A DNA stretch of 63,127 nucleotides, the filler included, from Lenisia limosa (lineage: Eukaryota > Protista > Breviatea), in the NCBI GenBank assembly GCA_001655205.1. It is 16 parts of 16 records of this genome, joined end to end, with 100 filler letters (N's around TTAATTAATTAA, not from the genome) between each part and the next. Parts side by side here need not be neighbours in the genome. Positions count along the whole stretch, not along the records: positions 40,632 to 49,664 come from LPNZ01008216.1; positions 49,765 to 51,020 come from LPNZ01010740.1; positions 51,121 to 53,880 come from LPNZ01008609.1; positions 53,981 to 55,969 come from LPNZ01006774.1; positions 56,070 to 58,121 come from LPNZ01006674.1; positions 58,222 to 59,573 come from LPNZ01008621.1; positions 59,674 to 61,783 come from LPNZ01007044.1; 9 more parts are not named here. One strand, written 5' to 3'. Position 1 is the stretch's first letter, and the number at the start of each line of letters is the position of its first letter. The notes below the pieces were generated by a model that was not told the DNA's origin, did no database searches, and was given only the letters and a program-made list of their open reading frames with translations. This document shows positions 49,554-59,688 of this stretch, in pieces. Made by a program: the position numbers and the translations under genes.

Positions 49554-49789
49554 GTGTGGAAGGTTGGTGGTGGTCTCAGACTGGGGAAATGCTCTTTTAC
49601 AGTTTTTTTTTTTAATGATTCACATGTTAATGTGTGTGTATCAATATTGCATTACAGCAGGCAANNNNNNNNNNNNNNNNNNNNNNNNNNNNNNNNNNNN
49701 NNNNNNNNTTAATTAATTAANNNNNNNNNNNNNNNNNNNNNNNNNNNNNNNNNNNNNNNNNNNNACATGCAAAATTAAAATCTAAACCT

Positions 49790-50750
49790 AAACACGAACA
49801 CCAGCGAAGGTCGAAAACTGATCTGCAAGGAAAGCAGCCGCCTTCTGCTTTTCTGCCATATCGTCCTCGTAGCTCGTTTCAACTGATAAAATAAAGGGAT
49901 GTGGGAGGGGGGTGGGGGCTAAAAAAGGTGAAAGTTGTTTCAACTAGATGAAACTCAAAAAGTTGGAGTATTGTTTCCTAATAGCCATGAAAAGACGANN
50001 NNNNNNNNNNNNNNNNNNNNNNNNNNNNNNNNNNNNNNNNNNNNNNNNNNNNNNNNNNNNNNNNNNNNNNNNNNNNNNNNNNNNNNNNNNNNNNNNNNNN
50101 NNNNNNNNNNNNNNNNNNNNNNNNNNNNNNNNNNNNTCTATGATCCTAGTTTCAATAGAGACTTTACTGCAAAAAAAAGGATGTGATCAAAGACATAATA
50201 TGAGAGAGGCGAATTGAGAAGAATAAGATATAAAAGCAAAGCAAGAAAACAAAAAACATGATGACACTAATAATGTGATTTTTAAAAAATAGGTCCCACC
50301 CCCTCCAGGTCACGTCGCTCTCTAGTATGAGCACATCGATTCTGTTCCATTTGTTCCTCTCTATCTGTCGCCGGTCCCCATTCTACGCCTCTTTCAAAAC
50401 TCAAGTAAGCAATCTCTACTGTACAGTATCAGCATCCAATGTCACCTCATACCATACTCCGAAGTTTCATTCAGAGGCGCGGAAGTGGGGGGTGGAACAG
50501 GGTGACCATGTTGGTCAACGTGCGTATAATACGTGGCGTGAGTGAAGGCGCGAGCACGTCGCGCCATTTTGCGTTCTTCTCGTCTCCGCGCCTCTTTTCG
50601 CCTCTGCTCTTCCAGAAGGCGAACGGTGTCCTGGGCAGAGGCCACCAATGACGTCACGGCCTGGCGCTCCTCGGATAAGACTGTTCTTCGGGCTCTGAGG
50701 AGGTCACGTGGCCACTCTTGATTCAGAAATAGGTCGGGGAAAGGCACCAT
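49790..50750 (-). CDS. Unidentified charged protein (partial)
   Basis: 102-aa ORF 50442-50750 plus in-phase downstream exons (VEIAYLSFERGVEWGPA..; ETSYEDDMAEKQKAAAFLADQF). Confidence 0.45.
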
Positions 50751-51313
50751 TCAGGCTATGATCCTCAACTATTCATAAATATTTCATACAATGTGCAATT
50801 ATGGGTTAAAGAGAATGGTTGGATGTTAGTTGAACAATTGATAAATACAACACACCATGATGAATTATAAGGCTTAATCATGATCTAGTATGTGGGTGCA
50901 TATATAAACTTAGATGGATCATCAAATGCCAAAAGAGCAAGACACCATTTCCCAGCCACCTATCGTCTTCATCCCTCCTTCTTCGATACTCATCTTCGTC
51001 CCTTCGACGACGATTATCCTNNNNNNNNNNNNNNNNNNNNNNNNNNNNNNNNNNNNNNNNNNNNTTAATTAATTAANNNNNNNNNNNNNNNNNNNNNNNN
51101 NNNNNNNNNNNNNNNNNNNNTGACCGATTTGCTATGATTTCCCAAGTAACATTGGTCAAGACTTACCTGGTCACTGGATAGGACAGAAATGGATCAAACA
51201 GCGAGAGGGGGGGAAGATTATGTGTGTGTGTGTGGGCTCTTCAAAAGGTCCTTTTTTTATCAAAGAAATTCATTCAATCTGTCCGAAAAGTATTCCTCAC
51301 CCCTCCCCCCCAG

Positions 51314-53316
51314 ACATCCGAAGCGCCCACCACAGACTCCCGAGCTGCCATTTTGGCTCAGGCAATCTCTTCAAAAGACAAGAACCTTCTCGGTATGCCT
51401 GGACCTCCTTGAGGACTATGCAATTAATTGGAGAATTAATTTTGAATTTTGAACTGGGACATAATTACATGGTACATTTATAAAATTTCCCTTTACTCCC
51501 CCAGAATACTGCCTGCACATCAAGGACCCTATTGTCATCGCACAATCCGTGAAGGGCCTCGAGCCCAAGCTTGCAAATATGCTTCTTTCTGTGGGCTGTG
51601 GAAGGTTGTATGGAAAAGCATCGACCGCTGAAAAATAATTAAAAAGGCGCAAGACTTTACACATGCCCCCCATGCCCCACAGTATTATCTGATAATATCA
51701 CAATTGTGTTTCCCAAGATTTTGTTTTATGTTTGTCGATATATACTAATCAACCCTCCGTGTGTTGTCAGCCAACAGAGTTGATTTAGTTTNNNNNNNNN
51801 NNNNNNNNNNNNNNNNNNNNNNNNNNNNNNNNNNNNNNNNNNNNNNNNNNNNNNNNNNNNNNNNNNNNNNNNNNNNNNNNNNNNNNNNNNNNNNNNNNNN
51901 NNNNNNNNNNNNNNNNNNNNNNNNNNNNNNNACCTTCTAGTTCCCTGGATGCGGGCGATTATCACCATCCACGCTCCGAGCCTCATGACGTATCCCGACA
52001 CAGCCCGTCGACTCAGCCATTTGTCCGAGGTTATTGAGGCTCGCCTGTCGTCGCATAAGAACTTAACTAAGCTCAGCGGCCGCATGGACCTTCTCATGAG
52101 CCAGGTAGGGGGTTTGAACACATGCATAAATGGCATACAGTGATCGGGCTAAGTCTTGACCGATTTGCTCTGTGATTCACAAGGAAAATCGGTCAAGACT
52201 TTTCCTGGTTTCTGTATATGTTGGCGTAATTATTGCACCCCTCGATTTTTTTTTTTTTTTTTNNNNNNNNNNNNNNNNNNNNNNNNNNNNNNNNNNNNNN
52301 NNNNNNNNNNNNNNNNNNNNNNNNNNNNNNNNNNNNNNNNNNNNNNNNNNNNNNNNNNNNNNNNNNNNNNNNNNNGAGCAGGAAGCGCCAGAGAAACGCT
52401 GAAAGAGGTGAGGAGGGGGCTGGCTTTTGTAATGGAGCTTCACTTTCTGTTTCAAATTCTCAATAAATCAGGGAAAATATCGATATTATACACGTCTTTT
52501 GGAACCAAATTGAACAGGGATTTGTCTTATGTCTGACCCAAAATAGCCCAGGCAAAGAAGGCACGTAAAGAGTCTGAGTCTGACAGCGAGGAGGATGAAG
52601 GTATGATGATTATATTGTAATGGGGATGACAATGATGAACGTTTATTAGGATGATGAAGTTGTGGAATGATATTGGTTTTGTGGTAGTATATACAATATG
52701 AGGATGATAAGAAAGATATTTATCGAAAGTGAATCCCTAAATAGCACAATCCAGAGATGTTACATTCTTTTGCATTCCCTTTGCTTGGATTCTCACACCT
52801 TCAGATTTGGACCCTGACCAATGGGTAGATGATGAGGAGGGTAAGAGGGGGGGGGGNNNNNNNNNNNNNNNNNNNNNNNNNNNNNNNNNNNNNNNNNNNN
52901 NNNNNNNNNNNNNNNNNNNNNNNNNNNNNNNNNNNNNNNNNNNNNNNNNNNNNNNNNNNNNNNNNNNNNNNNNNNNNNNNNNNNNNNNNNNNNNNNNNNN
53001 NNNNNNNNNNNNNNNNNNNNNNNNNNNNNNNNNNNNNNNNNNNNNNNNNNNNNNNNNNNNNNNNNNNNNNNNNNNNNNNNNNNNNNNNNNNNCTGACGAG
53101 CAGGGTCTTGAAATGGACAGTGAGGATGAGGAGGAAGAAGGAGAAGAAGGAGAGGAGGAGGAAGATGCTGAAGTGGATGCCGAGTCAGAGGAATCGGAAG
53201 AAAGTGAGCAATCGGGCAGCGAATCGGAAGAAGAAGCACCAAAAAAGAAGGAAGAGGTTGAGGAAGAAGAGGAGAGTGATAGTGATGAGGAGGAGGAAGA
53301 GGAAGAGGCAGAGTAG
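51314..53316 (+). CDS. WDR43: U3 snoRNP protein UTP5/WDR43, Utp12 domain and acidic tail (5'-partial)
   Basis: SRAAILAQAISSKDKNLLEYCL..IAQSVKGL / WMRAIITIHAPSLMTYPD..LSEVIEARLSSHKNLTKLSGRMDLLMSQ followed by a long Glu/Asp tail, as in WDR43. Confidence 0.85.
52138..52214. mobile_element. MITE family B copy in UTP5 intron
   Basis: ta|CAGTGAtCGGGcTAAGTCTTGACCGATTT...AATCGGTCAAGACTTTTCCTGGTTtCTG|ta. Confidence 0.8.
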
Positions 53317-53980
53317 GGAGATGGTGATAATTAGGTAATTCTATTCGTGTTTCTTGTATTCTTATTTGCTGTGTTGTCTTGTGAAATGCATGCATACTTC
53401 AATCTATCCTAGGGTAATCACTACCACTGTCCGAAAAAGAATATCTTTGAATTCAGTGCTTTTTGGGACCGTGGGAGGAAGCCCAGTTAATATGCTCGTC
53501 ATTGCCAGCTAAACTGACTACTTGTAAACTTGCACTACTACACCCTCCCCCCTCCCTAGGAAACCAGGAGGAAGTTTGCAAATTCGAACAATTTGTTACG
53601 CTTATATGATTTCCCCGGTCCAATCGTGGAACAAGTCCAAGTCTTTGCCATGAAGGGCCCGGCTCGGGGTATTATATGATGAACACATCGAAAAAAGGAT
53701 CTATGATGATCTACTCCAGCCGTTCCGTTTCTTCCGTTTTGCCCGTTTTTCTGTCAGTTTTATTACTCCTTTTCTTTAACTTTTTGGAACTTTGGAACAG
53801 TTGGAACAGAAAACACAGAAGGAGCTGATTGCCGAATTTCCTTTCATGCTTGACAGATGATTGCCAAACTTCCTTTCATGNNNNNNNNNNNNNNNNNNNN
53901 NNNNNNNNNNNNNNNNNNNNNNNNTTAATTAATTAANNNNNNNNNNNNNNNNNNNNNNNNNNNNNNNNNNNNNNNNNNNN

Positions 53981-55949
53981 ATACTTCTCCGGGTCTTGTA
54001 CTCCTGGACCACCTTCTTGATATTGTCAACGAAGCCATCCTAGAGAAGTGTGAGGATTAACAATGACTGCCTTTATAGCCGACGATCGTTTTACGTTGGA
54101 GAGTTTTTTGAAATATGAAAGAATATTACAACTCCATATCATATCATGTTATTGTAAACCTGCCTATCATCCCATATGAGAAGTGTTTCACGTCGGTTCG
54201 AAAAAAGACTGAATTTCTTGATAAATCATCGAAAACTATCGATATTTACCTTTTCGAACCAAAGCCCTACATATGAGCCAAAGAGGAATGATCCACTCAT
54301 AATAACAAAGAAGAAAGTGCCAGGACCAGGGTGCTTACGGGGTACTTCCACTCGATAATCTCTGATGTAGCTTCAGACATTTCAATGTTCAGGTTGAGCT
54401 GGGGGGGNNNNNNNNNNNNNNNNNNNNNNNNNNNNNNNNNNNNNNNNNNNNNNNNNNNNNNNNNNNNNNNNNNNNNNNNNNNNNNNNNNNNNNNNNNNNN
54501 NNNNNNNNNNNNNNNNATCATATCCTTAAACAGGAACCCTAGTCCAAGAGTACCTGGAGCAAGTCGAGGTCCTTTGCTGACAGGTGGCGGTTCAAGGCAG
54601 CCTAAAATCGTAAACCCAGTCTTTAGTACCCTTCTTCGTTTATATTCCACATTACCTCTCGTTCAACAAATACAAAGAAAATATATTTCATGAGCAAGCA
54701 ATGCAGGAATGAAGGCAAGTCCCAGCCCAATCCCTTTCTACCTGTGCGGCACTGATGTTCTTAAGAGTCCCATCGGAGAGACATGTACTGATGGCCTGGG
54801 GGGAGGGGGGGAGTAAACGAAGGAGATTTCAATGAAAAATATTGGCGTGAAGGTACTAATCACGAACCCAAAAGATGAAAAAGCGAATTACCTGAAACAC
54901 CGAGGCAAAAAAAAAGAACAGAAAGGATCATACATAACGCCAAAAACTGAATTGAGGTAGTTCTTCTCACCTGCATAGTTTCGTTGAGAGTGTGAAGGTT
55001 CTGTTCAACAGCCACCAAGTAACGGGCTGAGGGAGGGCTCACCATCATCTGAAAGGGGTGACCAGGTAATAGGTAGGGATGGGGAGGGGCGGAGTAAAAA
55101 TTTATGAAACTCTGTTGGCTGACAACACATGAGGGTCGATAACAACANNNNNNNNNNNNNNNNNNNNNNNNNNNNNNNNNNNNNNNNNNNNNNNNNNNNN
55201 NNNNNNNNNNNNNNNNNNNNNNNNNNNNNNNNNNNNNNNNNNNNNNNNNNNNNNNNNNNNNNNNNAAAATGCCCAATAACCCCCCACTTCGACAGCGATT
55301 GAAGCGAGGTCCTGCACGTGGATAGTAGGCAGCAGGTTCTCACCCTTGCCAACGACAGCTAGCGGAAGGTTGGTTGAAGTCCATGCAGACTGTAACGTAA
55401 GTGTTTCCCCAAGAAAGTTCTGAAGAGGAGAATCATCAAGTTCTTTTGTCATATAAAGAGAATCTGGTTGGAAGAAAACTAAATATCTTGCAAGTACCTC
55501 TTCGGACCATGGAACAATAAACTAAAAGCAGCCCATCCCACCTTGAAGTAATGATGAAAAAGTTCTTCTCCAAGGCCATATGTAATGCCCCCAGCACAGA
55601 TTCGGGTTTTCTGACCCATGCCCTTACCCCCAGCCTTCATGGCGAGCTACATTGTGTTAATAATGTAATCTCGTCAAGTCATGTACTTTCCTATGTAAAT
55701 AATTTTGATGCTAGTAGACCAACTAATTCGTTATTTAAAACCAATTCTTCCGAATATTGTTGGTCCTAACTAGGGCTTCCCTACGGTCCCAAATAAGACT
55801 GAATTTCTCCGATAAATTCTCGATAAATATCGATATTTAGTCTTTTTCGAACCGTAGTGAAGCCCTAGTCCCAACAGACCAACATCCCCAGTCCACCTTC
55901 TCGACCTGGATGAGCTCCTTGAAATGGGGGTGCGTACAGCGGCGTTTGA
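53981..55949 (-). CDS. AK7: Adenylate kinase 7 (axonemal), N-terminal part, truncated at both contig ends
   Basis: LSEEDFKRRCTHPHFKELIQVEK / ICAGGITYGLGEELFHHYFKSAW..LAVVGKGENLLPTIHVQDLA / YLVAVEQNLHTL / GFVDNIKKVVQEYK. Confidence 0.85.
54797..54868 (-). repeat. Family D copy ending at the AG of an AK7 intron
   Basis: TTCGTGATTAGTACCTTCACGCCAATATTTTTCATTGAAATCTCCTTCGTTTACTCCCCCCCTCCCCCCAG|exon. Confidence 0.75.
55773..55865. mobile_element. MITE-like family A copy (A1/A2 hybrid ends) in AK7 intron
   Basis: ta|GGGCTTCCCTACGGTCC...GAACCGTAGTGAAGCCC|ta. Confidence 0.85.
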
Positions 55950-56176
55950 AGTCCTCCTCCGACAGAGCCNNNNNNNNNNNNNNNNNNNNNNNNNNNNNNN
56001 NNNNNNNNNNNNNTTAATTAATTAANNNNNNNNNNNNNNNNNNNNNNNNNNNNNNNNNNNNNNNNNNNNTGCTACCATCTGTTTTACTACTCCCCCGTAC
56101 AAGCCATTGACCTAAGTGGAGTAGAGATATTACATCATCTATACTCCTCCTAGCACTACCCCCCCCCCCATACAAG

Positions 56177-57420
56177 ATAGACTCAGCAATGACGGCGTTG
56201 ACGGGTTCATTTCCATGGAGGCTACGATCGAATCTAACTTGATTGTTTCAACTGCCTCATCTCCAATCTTGTGGGAGGGGGGAGTAAAACGAAGGAAAGT
56301 TCGATGAAGAATATTGGCGTAAAGGTGCTAATCACGAACCGAAGAATCTGAAACTCCAAACAAACAAAAACAAAAAAACAAGCAATAACAAATATGAGCA
56401 ACCAACGCTAAAACTAGACAAAAGCCAGATGACAAAAAACACAAACACAAAAACAAGCCCGCGCCACGCCAGCCTTTGAAATAGTCCCACCACCGCTCGA
56501 TCACCCAAACGTGTAAACATGGAAAACTTATGAAACAAAAAAGTACCAGTTACATATAGGGAGAGCTAGAGACACCTTTCTATACCTTCCCATTCCTCTT
56601 CCCTTGGGCTTCACTTCGGTTCAAAAAAAAAGACTGAATTTCTCAATAGATCCTCGAAAATTATCGATATTTTAACGGTCTTTTTCGAACCGAAGTGAAG
56701 CACTAACCATTTCCATTCTCCCTTTCACCCCCTCTTCTACTTCCCTCTCCCCAGCTTACAGCAAAGTTGAAGAGATACAGGCAAGGCTCTGCCGTGGCTA
56801 TTGCAACAAAAGACGAAGAATAGGGCGATAAGGCAAGAGCCGTGATGGGTTGTTGGTTAAGACCTTCGATGGTGTAGATGGGATGGGACTGGGGGGGGGG
56901 GGGGNNNNNNNNNNNNNNNNNNNNNNNNNNNNNNNNNNNNNNNNNNNNNNNNNNNNNNNNNNNNNNNNNNNNNNNNNNNNNNNNNNNNNNNNNNNNNNNN
57001 NNNNNNNNNNTGTTGGTTGACAACACACGAGGGTTGAAAACAACAAAACAAATATCCAATTACACAACCCAGAGTGAACGCGTAAAAGTGAATCAGTTTT
57101 ACCTCAAAGCTATAAAGAAACTTTTTGCTTCTAAAACGCAGGTAATTAACTGACTCCGTGTTATTAATTGGGAAATTAATTTTGAATTTTGCCATATTGT
57201 AGATAGAACCCCTTCAGACAATTTTTAAATTACAATTTTATCCAATAATTGCTTCAATATATACTGTAACAGGGATAAGTCTTGACCGATTTCCTTAAAG
57301 ATATCCCAAGAAAAGTCACTGTGCACGTGGTCCTACAATTAACACAAGACCGGAACACCTACCTCAAGAGTGTGGAAAAATGCTGCGTTACCATCGTTGT
57401 CAGCAGCAACAAATATGGTC
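56177..57420 (-). CDS. WD40-repeat protein fragment, possibly dynein-2 intermediate chain (WDR34-like)
   Basis: TIFVAADNDGNAAFFHTLESHPIYTIEGLNQQPITALALSPYSSSFVAIATAEPCLYLFNF has WD-repeat spacing; subfamily is a guess. Confidence 0.5.
56272..56340 (-). repeat. Family D copy at acceptor in WD40 gene
   Basis: TTCGTGATTAGCACCTTTACGCCAATATTCTTCATCGAACTTTCCTTCGTTTTACTCCCCCCTCCCACAAG|exon. Confidence 0.75.
56606..56703. mobile_element. MITE-like family A copy in WD40 gene intron
   Basis: GGGCTTCACTTCGGTTC...GAACCGAAGTGAAGCaC|ta. Confidence 0.8.
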
Positions 57421-57507
57421 TTAGAATGGGGAATAAACCTGGGGGGGGGGGGAGTTACTTGAAACGGAACACAAGGATTCACTTGGCTAAAACGATCGGT
57501 AAATCAT

Positions 57508-57575
57508 CAACATGCATCCAAGATAAACTTCAACATGCATCCAGGATAAACTTCAACACGCATCCAGGATGAACA
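57508..57575. repeat. 23-bp tandem repeat x3
   Basis: CAACATGCATCCA(A/G)GATAAACTT. Confidence 0.8.
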
Positions 57576-58559
57576 TCGACAGAGATCGAGGAGTTATCGA
57601 AAAATCCAGTCTTTTTCTGAGAGAAACGAAACATAATACGTTACCCTTTGTGTAACAGTTCACAAGTATACCTCATCCAGAAGAAAAGGAGCAACATGCA
57701 AGGAAGAAATGGCTTCTCTACCTCACACCGATGCCCAATCCCCCTCCCCTGTCACACAAAATATAATAACATACATAGCCCTCTCCTCTCGTACTGTGCA
57801 CATGCTACTGAGGAATTGAACAAGTGGACGCGAGAAACAAGAGCCTCTTCCATTGCATCTATAATAACAGCTAAATTGTCAGGATTGATGTTAAATCGAT
57901 AATAACAGCTAATAGTGTTAATTAAATCTATTATCACAGCTAAATTGTATTGCTAAAATTGATAGTTTTTGAATCTTTTGGCTAAATTATCATGATTGGT
58001 ATTGAACAGAATAATACACAGCAAAATTATCAGGATTTGTGTTGAATCTATAATCACGGCTAAATTGCCATGATTTGTGTTATGGCATTGAATATATAAT
58101 AACAGCTAAATTGTCATGATTNNNNNNNNNNNNNNNNNNNNNNNNNNNNNNNNNNNNNNNNNNNNTTAATTAATTAANNNNNNNNNNNNNNNNNNNNNNN
58201 NNNNNNNNNNNNNNNNNNNNNAGAATTAGGGCTTTTGTTCGGTTCAGGAAAATATCGATAGTTTTCGACTTATCGAGGCAAGTTTTTTTCGAACCGAAGT
58301 GAAGCCCTTGGTAGAATGAACAAAACAAAACAAAACAAAAACCAGCGTGCAGGAAAAAGACCTTGAGATTCCCATTTAGGTCACAAAACAAAAACCAGAT
58401 CTGCTACGTGCAGGAAAAAGACCTTGAGATTCCCATTTAGGTCAACCCCCCCCCCCCCCNNNNNNNNNNNNNNNNNNNNNNNNNNNNNNNNNNNNNNNNN
58501 NNNNNNNNNNNNNNNNNNNNNNNNNNNNNNNNNNNNNNNNNNNNNNNNNNNNNNNNNAA

Positions 58560-59572
58560 CGTTAGTCTCGAGCTTGTGGAACTGCTTGTCGCTGTGGTAT
58601 GAGAGGAAAAAGGATAAGAGTGAAGGTGTGAGAGGAAAAAGGATAAGAATGAAGGTGTGGTGAAGGTGTGAGGGGATGTGCCAACTGCGGAGAGTGAAGT
58701 ATGTAGTAAAATTAGATGTAAAGTAAATGTATGGCAAAAGTAGGTAAAACATAGGGAAAACTTGAAACAATGAGAAGTCTCATACCACCACTTGCTGTTC
58801 TGGTGCGCCAACCCCGCATACACCACAATATTACCCTGCTGATTGGGCGTGCGGATAGCCTTCTCCTTGCCTGATAAGATGGTGCAGATTACAGCGTTGG
58901 CAGCCTCGGCATTTTCCTCATTGAGAAGGGGGAGTTGCTGAAGGAGGTCAGAAATGTGCGTGGTAATAGGGGCCTCATTCTTGTTCAAAGATATGATACG
59001 CCTATACGGTCCGAAAAAGACCGTCAAAATCTCTATATTTATCGAGGTTTTATCGACAAATTCAGTCTTTTTTGGGAGTCAGAAAAGTGTGTGATGTTTA
59101 TTTGTTTCCCTATGCTATTTAATGACTACATATTGTGATATTATTATTGCTCTAGATTTATGGTACCCTATGATATTTTTGATAACAAGATACCATTTCA
59201 CTTAAAAGCAGCTTACTCGGGTCTTGAGGGCCTTTTGAAGGACAGAAGTCAACTTCTGGTCCAGGCTCTGATAAGGGTAACAAAAGCTACAGTATCGATA
59301 TAATGATAAAGGTTAATAAAATTAAATATGATTGAGCAAAAAAAAAAAGGATGATTGAGATTAAAGACTTGGGTAAGGCTCAAATCAAGGTAAACAATCA
59401 TGGAGATGATTGAGATGAAAGACTTGGGTTAATTAATTAATTAAGGTAAACAATCATGGAGATGATATGGAAATAAAAGTAAACAATCGTAGCCCCACGC
59501 TAAATCTGTCGATGTTTTTGACGACACGAAGGGTACGCAGGATGCCTTCCATGATCTTCACAACAAGTGGAG
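58560..59572 (-). CDS. Internal exons of an unidentified helical protein
   Basis: SPLVVKIMEGILRTLRVVKNIDRFS / SLDQKLTSVLQKALKTR / DLLQQLPLLNEENAEAANAVICTILSGKEKAIR. Confidence 0.45.
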
Positions 59573-59688
59573 ANNNNNNNNNNNNNNNNNNNNNNNNNNN
59601 NNNNNNNNNNNNNNNNNTTAATTAATTAANNNNNNNNNNNNNNNNNNNNNNNNNNNNNNNNNNNNNNNNNNNNCCCCCCCCCCCGCAG

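Noticed and set aside
59429-59444. TTAATTAATTAATTAA not flanked by N
   Set aside because: Lies within a local 55-bp tandem duplication in an AT-rich intron; no evidence of function.
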